Assembly (NCBI RefSeq): GCF_009914755.1
Contig: NC_060931.1
Strand: one strand, 5' to 3'
Source: the human T2T-CHM13v2.0 reference genome, Homo sapiens
Length of the DNA: 64,000 nt
The position numbers were made by a program, and so were the translations under genes. Below are positions 12,935 to 26,822 of this stretch, piece after piece. The notes below the pieces were generated by a model. That model was not told where the DNA came from. It ran no database searches and worked only from the letters and a program-made list of their open reading frames with translations. Within the stretch, counting starts at the first letter, position 1, and every line of letters starts with the position of its first letter.

Positions 12935-15288
12935 TGTATTAGTCTATTTTTACACTGCTAATAAAGACATATCTGAGACTGAGCAATTTACAGAAGAAAG
13001 AGGTTTATTGGACTTACAAAATTCCACATGGCTGGGGAGGCCTCACAATCATGGTGGAAGGCAAGAGGGAGCAAGTCACATCTTACATGGTGGCAGCAGG
13101 CAAAGAGAAAGCTTATGCTGGGAAACTCGTATTTTTAAAACCATCAGATCTCATGAGACTCATTCACTATCGTGAGAACAGTGTAGGAAAGACCCACTCC
13201 CATAATTCAATCACCTCCCACCAGGTTCCTCCCACGACACATGGGAATTGTGGGAGTTACGATTCCAGATGAGATTTGGGTGGGGACACAGCCAAACTAT
13301 ATCATTCTGCCCCTGGCCCCTCCCAAATCTCATGTCCTCACATTTCAAAACCAGTCATGTCTTCCCAACAGTTCCCCAAAGTCTTAACTCATTTCAGCAT
13401 TAACTCAAAAGTCCACAGACCAACATCTCATCTGAGACAAGGCAAGTCCATTCCACTTATGAGTCTGTAAAATTAAAAGCAAGTTAGTTACTTACTAGAT
13501 ACAGCAGAGTTATCGGCATTGGGTAAATACAGCCATTCCAAATGGGAGAAATTGGCAAAAACAAAGGGGCTACAGGCCCCATGCAAGTCTGAAATCCAGT
13601 GAGGTAGTCAAATCTTAAAGCATCAAAATCATCTCCTTTGACTCCATGTCTCACATCCAGGTCATGCTGATGCAAGAGGTAGGTTCCCATGGTCTTGGGC
13701 AGCTCTGCCCCTGTGGCTTTGCAGGGTACAGCATCCCTCCTGGCTGCTTTCATGGGCTGGTGTTAAGTGTCTGCAGCTTTTCCAGGTGCATGGTGCAAGC
13801 TTTAGTGGACCTACCATTCTGGGGTCTGAAGGATGGTGGCCCTCTTCTCACAGCTCTACTTGGTAGCGCCCTAGTAGGGACTGTGTCTGAGGGCCCTAAC
13901 TCCACATTTTCCTTCCACACTGCCCTAGCAGAGGTTCTTCATGAGTTTGCTGCCCCAAAGCAAACTTCTGCACGGACATCTGGGCCTTTCCATACATCCT
14001 CTGAAATCTAGGCAGAGGTTCCCAAACCCCAATTCTTGACTTCTGGGCACTGGCAGACTCAACACCATGTGGAAGCTGCCAAGACTTGGGGTTTGCACCC
14101 TCTGAAGCCACAGCCCAAGCTCTACATTGGCCCCTTTCAGCCATGGCTGGAGTGGCTGGGACAAAGGGCACCAAGAACCTAGGCTGCACACAGCATGGGG
14201 ACCCTGGGCCCGACCCATAAAACCACTTCTTCCTCCTAGGCCTCCAGGCTTGTGATGAGAGGGGCTGCCGTGAAGACCACTGACATGCTCTGGAGACATT
14301 TTCCCCATTGTCTTGGGGATTAACTTTTGTCTCCCCCTTACTTATGCAAATTTCTGCTTGACTTTCTCCTCAGAAAATGGGATTTTCTTTTCTATCACAT
14401 TGTCAGGCTGCAAATTTTCCAAACTTTTGTGCTCTGCTTCCCTTATAAAACTAAATGCCTTTAACAGCACCCAAGGCACCTCTCACATCCAGGTCATGTC
14501 TCTCAAATGCTTTGAGAGGTCAGCATCCTCTCAAATGCTTTGCTCCTTAGAAATTTCTTCTGCCAGAAACCCTAAATCATCTCTCTCAACCTCAAAGTTC
14601 CACAAGTCTCTAGAGCAGGGGCAAAATGCTGCCAGTCTCTTTGCTAAAACATAAGAAGATTCATCTTTGCTCCAGTTCCCAACAAGTTCCTCATTTCCAT
14701 CTGAGGCCACCTCAGTCTGGACTTTATTGTCCGTATTGCTATCAGCATTTTGGGCAAAGCCATTCAACAAGTCTCTAGGAAGTTCCAAACTTTCCCACAC
14801 TTTTCTGTCTTCTTCTGAGCCCTCCAAACTGTTCCAATCCCTGCCTGTTACCCAGGTCCAAAGTCACTGCCACATTTTCTGGTATCTACAGCAGTGACCC
14901 ACTCTACTGGTACCAATTTACTGTATGAGTCAATTTTCATGCTGCTGATAAAGACATACCTGAGACTGGGCAATTTACAAAAGAAAGAGGTTTATTGGAC
15001 TTACAGTTCCACATGTCTGGGGAGGCCTCACAATCATGGTGGAAGACAAGTGGGAGCGAGTCACATCTTACATGATGGCAGCAGGCAAAGAGAGAGCTTG
15101 TTCAGGGAAAGTCTCATTTTTAAAACCATCAGATCTCTTGAGACTCATTTACTATCACAAGAACAGTGCAGGAAAGACCTGTCCCCATAATTCAATCACC
15201 TCCCACTGGTTCCTGCCACAACATGTGGGAATTGTGGGAGTTATAATTCAAGATGAGATTTGGGTGGGGACACAGCCAAACTATGTCA
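12935..15288 (-). mobile_element. Full-length THE1A provirus: LTR 12935-13304, internal 13305-14921, LTR 14922-15288
   Basis: Two matching LTRs (tgtat..agtc...aaactatatca and ...aaactatgtca), MaLR internal sequence, and perfect TSD GTGGT at 12930-12934 and 15289-15293. Confidence 0.93.
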
Positions 15289-15578
15289 GTGGTGACACAA
15301 TCTCGACTCACTGCAACCTTTTCTTCCCGGGCCCAAGTGATCCTCCCACTGCAGCCTCTCCAGTAGCTGGAACTACAGGTGCATGTCACTATGCCTGGGA
15401 AATTTTTTGTGTGCATGTGTGCGTGTGGATTTTTGTTGCTGTTGTTGTTGTTGTTGTTGTTAGATACAGGGTTTCACCATGTTACCCAGGCTGGTCTCCA
15501 GCTCCTGGGCTCGAGCAACCCACCTGCCCTGGCCTCCTAAAATGCTGAGATTACAGGCTTGAGTCACTGTGCCCAGCC
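15289..15578 (-). mobile_element. AluJ remainder (central linker decayed to (TG)/(GTT)n)
   Basis: caagtgatcctcccac, ctcctgggctcgagcaacc (J diagnostics). Ends gtgcccagcc. Confidence 0.88.
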
Positions 15579-15597
15579 TGGTGAAAGTCTTTAATCA

Positions 15598-15762
15598 TTT
15601 TTTCTTTCTCTTTCTATTTTCCTACATGTTTCCCCTTCCTTCCTTCCTCCCTCCCCACTCCCTCTTTCCTTCCTTCCTTCCTCCCTTCCTTCTTTCTTTC
15701 CTTCCTTCCTTCCCTCCTTCCTTCCTTCCTTTTTTCCTTTGCTTTCTCTTCTTTCCTTCCCC
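15598..15762. repeat. (CCTT)n / CT-rich simple repeat
   Basis: Read directly. Confidence 0.9.
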
Positions 15763-16224
15763 AGTTTTTCCTTTCATTTATTTATGTGAGGCTGCAGGAC
15801 TTTGCTGAAGATACCACAGTAGTTGTTCACATTTGCCCACTGATAATCACTGATGAGTCACAGACATACCCAAATGTTCTTATAATGTGACCAAGGAGAA
15901 CTGTGCAATATGTTTATAATAAAGTCTTCAACAAGTCAATTATTCTTAGTCTTTTTGAGTAATAAAGTCCATCTGAAAATATGATAAAAGTGAAGTAAAA
16001 ATAAACAAGGGTACATACATCCCAAAATTTGCCCACAAGTGGTCCCCTTATGAAGAACTTTGCTCTGTCAAAGATGTAATTTTGTCATCTCTGCTTAGAA
16101 TGGATAATTGTGTCTATATTAAGCCAATAAATATACTGGCATCATTTCTAAGACCTTTCTGTTGAAGCTGGTTAGTTTAGCCTCATTGTTATATGTGTCT
16201 TCTTTGGAGAACAGAAGACACTGA

Positions 16225-16400
16225 AGGCAATGATAAAAACTGTCAAATATTAAAGAGTTTTCTCTCAGAGAGAGTGAAGCTACTTTGAGTGGTTCCAGAG
16301 AAACTTTAGGATAATGGAATGGAACTCTCAGGGAGGAAGATATGACTCCGAAAAAGAAATAACTTTCTAAAACTTATGACTTTTAGTAAAGTGGAGAACA
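16225..16400 (+). mobile_element. L3/CR1 LINE relic
   Basis: ggataatggaatggaactctcagggaggaagatatgactccgaaaaagaaataactttctaa resembles the CR1 ORF2 3' region. Confidence 0.45.
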
Positions 16401-16999
16401 TCCTAACATTGCAATTTTCATTAGGAAACCTGGCTCTAGTTGTATGAGACTAGTTGTACTCAATGGCCTCTTCCCACCACCCATACCATTTTTCCCTACT
16501 GAACAAGATGTTAGAATATACAGGTCCTGAGATTTCTAGTTTAATCCAGAGAAAGAACTTTATCCAGAGTGTCTGACACACCCTTTAACCTAGAAACTCT
16601 GATTAGTTTGCAGGTGTCACACAAATTTTCTGATACTAGCAGACTAACATATGCTATGATGAAGCCATAGTCAAATAGTGAGGAACGTTCCTCATGTATC
16701 AACACAATTTTCTCTTATAAATAAAATAAAAAGTAAAATAGTTATAAAATCAGCAATAAAGAATTTAAAGGCTATTTTGTAAATTATTGATGGATTTTCA
16801 TATTCATAGTTCATTCTGGTTCCTTCCAATTCTGTGACCATCTAAAGGAGTGTGTGGTGAACCATTAAGCCAATCTTAGCTGTTGCTGTATGTTGAGTCA
16901 TGAGATATTAAAAATGGCTTATGGACAAATCATCTCCCAGTTAGGGCAATTGTACATGACCTGATCTAAACTTTTTTAAAAAATAAATTTAATTTTCCC

Positions 17000-18930
17000 C
17001 AAAGTTATTGAGGTATATTTGGTGCACAAAACTGCACATAGTGTGTACAATTTGGTGAGTTCAAACATATGCATATACCAGTGTTACCTTGCCACAATCA
17101 AGGTAATCAATATATTCATCACATCCAAAAGTTTCCATGTGCCACTTTATTTTTTGTTTCTTTTTTTAAAATTTGTGATGAGAACACTTAACATGAGCTC
17201 TATCCTTGTACTACCTTTTAAAGTGCACAATACCTTATTGTTAACTACAGGCATTATGTTGTACAGCAGAATTCTGGAACTTACTCATACTGTATAACTG
17301 TAACTTTATATCCATTTATAATAGTAACAACTCCATACCTTAACTATTGTGAATAATGCTGGAAGGAACATGGGAGTACAGATATCATTTCAAGTTCCTG
17401 ATTTCAATTCTTTCAGATATACACCTAGAAGTGGGATTACTGGATCATACGGAAGTTTTATTTTTATTTCTTTGAGGGACCTACATACTGGTTTTTCTTA
17501 GTGGCTATACCATTTTACATTCTCACCAACAGTGTACAAGAATTCCAATTTCTTCATAACCTTGAAAACACTTTTTTCTCCCCTTCTCTTTCTTTTCTCC
17601 TTCAGAGACTCTCATAATGTGTATATTGAACTACTTGATGGTGTCTCATATGTCCTGTAGGGGTTCTTCGGTGTTTTTCATTCTTTATCCTTTTAGCTTC
17701 TCTGACTACATAATTTAAATGACCTGTCTTCAAGGTAACTACTTCTTTCTTCTGCTTAATTGGGTCATTTGTTGAAGCCCTCTATTAATTTTTTTTCAGT
17801 TTAGTTATTGTATTCTTCAAATCCAGGATTTCTGTTTCTTTGGTTTTATGGTTTTCATTTCTTTTTGAACTTCTCATTTTGTTTATGTATTGCCTCTCTA
17901 ATTTTGTTTAGTTGTCTGCCTAATAGTTCACTAAGCTTCTTTAAGACGATTATTATTTTTCTTTGTAAGGCACTTCGTAGATCATCATTTATTTGGGGTC
18001 AATTATTGAAACTTTTTTAGTTTCCTATGGTGTTATCAAGTTTCCTTAATTTCTCATGATCCTTATATTCTTACATTTATGTCTGCACATTTGAAGAAGT
18101 GGTTCTCTCTTCCAGTCTTTATAGTCTGTTCTTAGCAGGGAAAGACTTTCACTAGTCAGCCTAGCTTAGGACTCTGGGTGGGCCAGATGGCAGTTATCTG
18201 TGGGCAAGTGAGGCCTGTGAGTGAGGTCCATTGGGTTCAAAGTTGAAACAGGGCCTGTTGAATTCTTGGTTAAATGGAGCCTGTTACCAAAGTTTTACTT
18301 TTGAGCATGGTTGTCTGGTAGGGCTTCACAGGTGGGTGGGGCTGGTTGCCTGGGCTCTAAGGTTATGTGAGCCTGCTCTCTGAGCTCTATAGTTGGGTGG
18401 AGCCAGCCGACTTGACTCTTTGGTTTGATGGAGTTGTTGGTTAGGGCCACAGTCAGGCAAGGCTGCTCACAGGGGCTGTGGGACTGCCTCTGAGATCTGT
18501 ATGCACTGGCTGCTGAGAGCCCCTGCCTCTTTCTGTTATTCCTGATTGTTCCCAGGTGGTCTAGCCATGCCAATTTCCCCAGTGTGTGATATGAGGTGAG
18601 GCATAAGTGGGTCTCTAGAGCAATGCCCTGAAATGCTGGGGAAGTTCAACATCCACCATGATCTCTCTTTACTCCACTGAAGAAATCACGGGTCAACAGG
18701 ATCTTTCTTGGCTCTGTGTTGTGCTGGATTGGGCAGGATTGCTTCTGACAAAGAAGGGTTATTTTTATCTTTTTTAATGCAATTTTTTTCACTCTACCAG
18801 GGTGCTCAACTTTTGGAATTCTCACAAAGGCATTCTTTTCTATGAATAGTTGCTAAACTGTGTTTCTGTGAGGGTACTGGGGCTAGGGACCTCATACGCG
18901 TCCACCTTTCTGGAAGCCTTGATCTGCTAA
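17000..18930 (-). mobile_element. L1MA9/MB-type element, heavily internally deleted (3' UTR, ORF2 end, ORF1, 5' UTR pieces)
   Basis: ttattgaggtatat...gagaacacttaacatgag...gttgtacagcaga (3' UTR); cctagaagtgggattactggatcata (ORF2 end); acttgatggtgtctcata...gttattgtattcttca (ORF1 antisense). Confidence 0.75.
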
Positions 18931-19969
18931 TTTTACTTTTCTCTTTCTGCTTCATACCAAATTCTGCTAAGCACCGATTCTTGGTTTTGTGTTTCATTTC
19001 AGCTCTGAATTTGTCATTAGCATTTGATATGTTTTTGTTATTAATTCTTAAATCTCCATAAATTATGGCTCATATTCTCCAGGCTGTTGCCTGAGTGAAA
19101 TTGACCCCAAGGTCCTTGGATTTTCACATCTCCTCGTCTGCAGAATGACTCCCTATAGAAGTAAAATGAATAGTTTCTTTGTTTAGGGAAGAACATTCAG
19201 GAAAAAAAAATATGGGAAATATGTAGTATAAATGTAACATAAACCTATTCTAAAAAATAAAACATAAAACTACATGTTTTAAATATAGCTCTCATTTAAT
19301 TCTTTAATAAGAAATAAAAATCTTTAGTTATTTGAAAAAATTGCTGCCCAGTTATAGAACCAAACACTAGTAGCACAGCTCTAGCCCTTTCCCCATGCCA
19401 TAAAACAGAATAAATTAGATATATGACTGAAACCAATCTAGTTTAAACAGAACAAATTTTCATTAGGGGGTATTCTGTATTCACTATGGACTGCGATGTT
19501 ACTTTACTGTTATCAATCATATTATACAGAAATATGAAAACAGTACATCACAAAGATATAAATACAATGTTTATATCAAACCATCTTTCTTCAATGTCTA
19601 TCCTAATTATCTTTTTAATTTTTCATATTCCCTCTTCATGAAACATTCACTAGAAAATTACATATTACCATTTTCTGCTGGAGAGTTTTATGCATGTTTA
19701 CATTAGTCACTTAGTCACATCTGTTGCAAAATCTTGGTGAGAAAAAGCTACTTAGGCCTTTGTTATTGTCTGGTGATAATATCATGTTTGAAAGTGTATT
19801 GTCTTCTAACAAGACATTTTGGAGGCATAGGAAAGCACATACTGGTTAGTAATTGGATCCAGTCCCCAAGATAGACAAATATGAAAATGTATTACAGGTT
19901 TACTGCACCCAAGACTTCATAAGATACTTTCCACAAGTCATAATACACTGCTGTTTTTTTATTGTTACT

Positions 19970-20110
19970 AGAAGGTAATGGAAAGGACACTGACAAGAAG
20001 TCCAAAAGGATGAGTTTAAGATTTAGCTATACCTGCAGTGTTATCTTGAATAAGTTATTTCACTTCTTTGGACATTGGCTGATGTAAATTATCTGAAGAG
20101 ACTGGAACTG
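19970..20110 (+). mobile_element. MIR-family fragment
   Basis: gtaatggaaaggacactg...atcttgaataagttatttcacttcttt. Confidence 0.5.
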
Positions 20111-20389
20111 TCATATTCAGTTCTGAAATTAAAATACATTTAATTTAAAAGTCTATTTATCAATTTGTCTTTTAAATTTTTTAACTCTAAATTATTAATT
20201 TAACTTTTTTCTTGCAGAAATAAAATTTTTGACAAGTTTCCATTATGTGTCTACCCACCACACCCTGTGTTCAAGATTACTTTTTTTAAACCACTTAATT
20301 AAACTGTTTATTTATTTCTCGTCGATTTTGTTTGAATATATCCTGGGGCTGGGATCTTCTGCTGTACCTACTTTGTATGATTTGCAAAG

Positions 20390-20934
20390 TGCGGTGATAA
20401 TGTCTCAACTTGATTGGGCTAAGGGATTCCTAGATAGCTGACAAAACATCATTTTGGGATATATCTGTGAGGATGCTTCCAAAAGAGATTAGCATTTATA
20501 TCAGTAGACTGAATATGGAAGATTGTCCCTACCAACGTGGGTGGGCATCATCCAATCTATTGAGAACTAAAATAGAACAAAATGGTATAGGATAGGTTAA
20601 TTCATTTTCTCTATTTGAGCTAGGACATTCATGTTCTCCTGCCCTTGGGCATTGGTGCTCCTGGTTTTAGGGCTTTAGGACTCAACCAGGACTTACACCA
20701 TTAGCATTAGCTACCCTAGTTCTCAGGTAGGGTAGTCCTAGTCTTTTGACTAGGACTGAATTATGCCACCAGTTTCCCTAGTTTTCCAGCTTGTAGGGAG
20801 TAGACCATGGGACTTCTCAGCCTCCATAATTGCATAAGACAATCCTTCTAATAAGTATCTATATAAACCTCTCTCTCTCTCCCTTTGTATATACATATTA
20901 TGTTCAGTTTCTCTGAAGAACTCTAACTAATACA
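20390..20934 (+). mobile_element. MLT2 (ERVL) solo LTR
   Basis: caacttgattgggctaagggattcctagatagctg, gagattagcattt, gggacttctcagcctccataattgc. Ends ctctaactaataca. Confidence 0.88.
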
Positions 20935-23900
20935 GAATAGTATAAATAGGTCAGATGGACATTTTAAACCTTTCGTGTCACGGTCTTATCTTTCAATACA
21001 TAGCCATTTTCCTTTTCATCTAAGGCCACGGCCAACTTGGGGAGTGAAAGTTTAGAGATCTCAGTTATTTCTCCAAATCATTTTAGCTATAATAAACAGA
21101 GTTAAATGATAGACAATTTGGAGTCTATGGGCACATATTCCAGGTTAGCATATCACTTGTTCTATGTCTTTAAGAGTGGGATAGCCACAGTAAATAGTAT
21201 CTAATCTACAAATGGTTTAAAGACTGCCCTGGAAACATATGTAGTAGGAGATAATTACTAACTTCACTCAGTTTATCTTGGGTCAGGCTCTGTCACAGGT
21301 TGTCTCAAGGAGCTGATCAGAGTGTGTGCATGTCTCGTTCTATTCATGAGCATGTGTGCACGCACACATACCTATACTGGAATATTTGGCTGCATCTGGA
21401 TCACACAGCATAAAATATTCAATGATAATTACTTGACAACCTGTGGCTATAGTTTTGCATTCTTTGAGGCTTCTCTCAATTTTAATCGCTACTCCCTTTA
21501 CTCATAAAAGAATGGATATACAAGTTTGGTAAAATTATTTCTCCATAGAGAAAACTCCTTACAGAATATGCCTGTCTGTAAATAATAACTATTTCCTTTG
21601 ATGTAATTTATTACTGTTAGTATTTGACCTCATGTATACTTTTACTTTCATTATCAATTTTAAATTCTTCATCCAGCAAAATGTAAGTTTCCTCACATCT
21701 CCCAATAAAGAACAGGGGAGATTATTATACCATGATGTAGGAAAATTGGGCGTTAAAGATGTAGAGCTCTATACAGTGATGAAGAAAGAGGGCTTTTGTG
21801 CTTCCTGCACTACACTGACTCCCAGAAGGTACGTCAATATTCCAAGCTGTTGGAGAGTAAATGCTATCTGCAGGAGAAAGTCACTACCTGGTCATTCTCA
21901 GAATATCTTGATATTTGATGATCTCCTCCAGTAGAGCCTCTGATCTCTTCTTCCTGCTGGAAAGAGCCCATGGGTCTTACCTTGCAAGGAGAAGAAGAAC
22001 TATCTGTATACTACAAAAACTTCTAAAACTTATGTCAAGAAAGAGAAAGGAAAAGATGCCTTGAAAAGTCCTTGGAGAAGATCAAAGTGCTGTGGACCCT
22101 TTGACTCAAAGAAAGTAGCAGAAGTTGCTGTTTCCACAGAGCCTGCACAAATTCTACTATGACTTCCCTGTTGAGAAGAAGCAACAGACCTGTGTGTTCC
22201 CGAAGGTAGTCACACTCCAGATCCAATGATAAGCTGACCTGGAGGGTGTCTTTCAGATGGCAGCTGAGATGTTCTTACTTCTGAGAAGCTTTCCCTGTTT
22301 CTGGGCTGGGCAGCTCTGGATATCCCAAAAGGATGCCTTGAGTCCCATTCATCCTGAGATCTTTGAGAGCCTAGGTCTAGTAACTATCCACTTATTATGG
22401 AAGTATGAAAGAACCTGTGATGCTTATTTTCTTTTAGAAAGCTGACCACCCAGGCAAGGTTAGAACAACTACGGAATAAAAGGAATCCTCAAGAGAATTA
22501 AACTCATGCCCACATTCCCATTAGCACTAATTCATCATTGTCCACAGGTAACACTGTGTCGCCAAATGGGGCTTAGTATTTCATGACAGATTCTCTTTTC
22601 TTAGAATAGTAGCTTGTAGAAATAATATAGATAGATAGATAGAGTTATAGATAGTTATAGTTTCTTGATTCACCATAGATGTAATGATTCTTTTACTATA
22701 CTGCTCTAGAAAAAAAAATGTTATGAATAGAGGCAACCCTAATGTTAAGTCACTATGTGGCAGAGAAACACACAGGCAGTGGAGCAGGATGGGTATAGAC
22801 TGTGTAACTAATTACTAGTTACTCTAAACAATGAGCATGTTTTACCTCTACTTTGAAAGACAAAGTAAAGTTCCTATTACTTTGGACTAGGAGGAAAATA
22901 TTTTGGGTAAGACAGACTGGGCAGCAATGACAGTAGAAAATATTTATAATTCCTATTCCCTTATTACTGGTCTTGTTTTCTTTCTTTCAATTTTTTTCTC
23001 TCTTGCCTGCCTGTAATACAGTGTGAACATAAGGTCTCAGCTTCCCTGTCATTCCTGAAGAAAAAGTTTGAATAATCTCCAAGGTGTTAGGGACTCAATA
23101 TATTTAAATAAGTACCTCCCCTCCCTTTCAGAAATAGTTACATCAGAAAATTCATAAAATAACTGAAAAGAGCCATGCTTTACACAAAGGCAAGGGATGG
23201 CATTATTGGTATTTGTCAAATTACATTATATAAAAATTTGATATTTTAAGAATAAAAACCGTGATACATCGTTGTATATACACTTTAATTTTAATATTAT
23301 AACAAACTGCACGTAGGCAAATGGGAAAACAAAGAGAAGAAAAAAAATCTTTTTGTCAACAAAAAGAGCAGGGCTATATCTTTTCCTTTTAAACTTTCCT
23401 TTTAGATATTTTTAAAATAATTTGTTCCTTGTACACACACCTATACACACATGTACATTTTATCTGATACAGCCTAAAAAACAAAAAAAAATCAAGGTAT
23501 CCTGGCAGAGAAGGTTAAGGGAAAGGTGAAAACTAGACTTCTGAGGGATGTTGTTTTCTTTTCTCATTCTTATTCCAATCTGCATTGCATCAACAGCTCC
23601 CTGTTGCTTTTAGTGGCCCGGAGTATCTTAACCTTTGTTGTAAGGATTTGTTAAGCAAGATGCCTGATACATTCTACCTAGCAGAACTGTTGCTTATACA
23701 ATACAAATTTTGACATCTGTACTCTTTCGTTATTTAATTAATTCTCTTCTACTTACAAACTCACAAATCGACGGAGGACTTCGGTGAGGATTCCATTAAT
23801 CTAACACAGTGCTGGAAAAGCCAAAACAGTAATTCAACTGTCCACTTTGAAAAAAATGTGTGATTTATAGATATTCTCATATCATAACATTTCCTGTCAA

Positions 23901-24050
23901 AGAGAATCATAGCTAATGGGTACAGGAAGATTATAAAATATTTTGATTCAAAGAATACTACAAATGGCTGTCAAAACTTCTTATTTCTCATTCAAGTAAG
24001 TCTGTGGAATGGAATATTTCTGACTACTTCTTTTATACATAGGATCCAGA

Positions 24051-24260
24051 ATAATAACAAATGTTTACAATATGCTATGTTTAGGTCAATTACTGTTCTT
24101 AGCGCTTTATACATACTGACTCATCTAAACCTCACAACACACCATAAGGTATACAAGATTATTTTCAATATGGGGAAACAGAAACAGGAATGTTAACTTA
24201 CTTGGCCAAGGTCACACAACTGGGCAGTAGCTAGAACTCAGACTCAAGTTGTGCTTGTAA
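24051..24260 (-). mobile_element. MIR
   Basis: ctcatctaaacctcacaac...ggggaaacagaaac...cttggccaaggtcacacaact. Confidence 0.8.
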
Positions 24261-24319
24261 AACTGCGCTCAGAATCTGCAGTTCATTTCACATCTATGAA
24301 AAAAATAAATAAATTAAGT

Positions 24320-24550
24320 ACAATAGCTAACATCTATTGAGCACTCCCTCTGTGCCAGGTGTTAGCGAAGCACTTTGCCTGCAGTATCTCATTTAATCCT
24401 TGCAACAGTCCTCTGTGGTATAATTAGCTCTGTTTTAAAGATAAAGAAACTAAAGATCAAAAAATTACTTGTCCAATTTATAGAGCTAGTAAAAGGGAGA
24501 CAGGATTCAGGTCAACTCCAGGGCTCATACCCCTTTACCACTACTCTTCC
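24320..24550 (-). mobile_element. MIR
   Basis: aatagctaacatctattgagcac...tctcatttaatccttgcaac. Confidence 0.8.
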
Positions 24551-25657
24551 TGTTTAATGGTTTAGTCAATTATCAACATTTAATGAACACTTATGAGGTT
24601 CAGAGACTGACAAGCATCTATTTCACCCTTGGGATATGTTATTGTCTGAAGAATGTAGTTTGATAGCGTGAAGAATGGAGTCCAGGCAACAGCATTAGAT
24701 AAGACTATTTAAAGTTCAAGAAATTTGAATATCAGATGATTACTGTTTGCAATGTACTCTGAAATGGCTGAGGATTTAAATCCTGCTCTCTGTGCCAAAG
24801 CATTCTTGGATGTATTCATAACATTTGAGTGATTTGCCAAGACATGCCAAGCTTATTTAAATAACTATTCCTGTCTTTATTGATTGACAGGGTTGATGTG
24901 ATTTCTTTCAGTGATTATACTTTTGGGCAAGATGGCATCAGGCTAACTAGACACAGTATGATTTACTTGTGAACTTTGTTCAACATTGGTATTCTTGATA
25001 TATTCTTCGTAGAAAGAGAAAATGCTAACAACAAGAGTGAACAAATTAAAAACTGATTCGTATGAGTGTAATTAATTTAAAAATTAGAATAAAAAAGAAT
25101 TAGATTGAGAACTAGTTGTCACAACTTTTCCACAAAACCAGCTGGGTGATCTGATGTCTTCTAGGACCCAGAAACATTACATATAAAATGATGAGGTTGA
25201 TGATCTCGAGAAGATGTTTCCATTTCTAAAATTTAAGTACTAATACTTCTTATAAGAGGTAGTCTAGTTCAAGATCTTCCTGACAAGGGTTGGTAACAGT
25301 GGTAAAAGAATGGATAGATTATGGGGGAGGTAAGGTGGGGAGGTGGTAGTAGTTTGTGGATGCAGACATATAATGAAAAAGTAATTTACAAAGTAGACAA
25401 GGTCATCATAATATTTTATAGTTTAGTGATGCCAATATTTGTACTATATTCTATAAATATCAGAGTATTACCTACTATTAGAAGTTTCATAAATTGCAAG
25501 AAATTAAAATGCTTGTGAGGATAAATCACTATTGATTTCTACCATGCGTAAAACATTAGCATATGAATAGTTACATAGAGTGGTATCCAATTCTTTGTTT
25601 GCTTTTTAAGTATAAAACAGAGCAAACCGTTCTTATTTTGCAACAGGAATGGATTAA

Positions 25658-25686
25658 TATCTATCTATCTTTCTATCTATCTATCT
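25658..25686. repeat. (TATC)n microsatellite
   Basis: Read directly. Confidence 0.8.
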
Positions 25687-25780
25687 TCTAGACAGGCTCC
25701 AGATACTGTAATTAATAATCTAGAGTTAATAACCTAGAAATCTTGCAGCATCTCCCATCCAAAGATCTTACAAAGTCTGA

Positions 25781-26151
<371 letters not shown>

Positions 26152-26669
26152 AACTTTATTAAATTTCTAAACTTTGTCATACCTAGTAGTGTTGATGTAC
26201 TCATTTTAATTTTAGTTCACTTTACCAAGAACAAAAAGACATTGAAATAATTTCTCTCAATTTCTAATTTAAACAAATTAGAAATTAAAATAAATTATTG
26301 TAAAGCCATATTACTGCCTGGAACTGTAGACATTTATTGGTTTTCAAATGTTCTGCCTAAATTGAAACTATTACTGTTAAATAGATTCATTTGCTAGTTT
26401 TGTGCCATGGACAAGCCAATAATTTGAGATGTCTGGTGTTCTTATTTCATTTGAACCCTATCTTTAGCAGGCTCTCTTCCTTAAATCAGAAATCCCAATT
26501 CTCTTTTATTTTCTTTTCAACAAACAAGTAAAATTAATTCCAAATGGGCAGGGATAAGAAGAGACAGGTGGCATCATATAAAGAAGCAGAAACTGAATGT
26601 AATTAACTAAAGTTGTATTTCTAAACCAGCAAGTCTACTTTTAATTATCTTTCATATATTTTCTTGCAG

Positions 26670-26822
26670 TATTTATTTGTTTATTCATTCAGAATATATA
26701 TCATCGAACATTGCCTCAAAGCTAGGCAGTGCTAGGTAATAGGTATACCTTAGTGATTAAATAGATCACTTCTTTCTGGAGTTTACATACTAGAGGGAAG
26801 AACAAACGTGAACAAGTAAAAA
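26670..26822 (-). mobile_element. L2 3' fragment
   Basis: ttattcattcag...ctaggcagtgctagg...tggagtttacatactagaggg. Confidence 0.65.

Noticed and set aside
13051-15548. ORFs up to 170 aa in 13-15.5 kb
   Set aside because: They lie entirely within THE1A LTR/internal and Alu sequence, typical spurious frames
21630-22450. Moderately GC-rich stretch with short ORFs and a minus-strand donor (cttacc at about 21976)
   Set aside because: No recognisable protein similarity and no convincing partner acceptor
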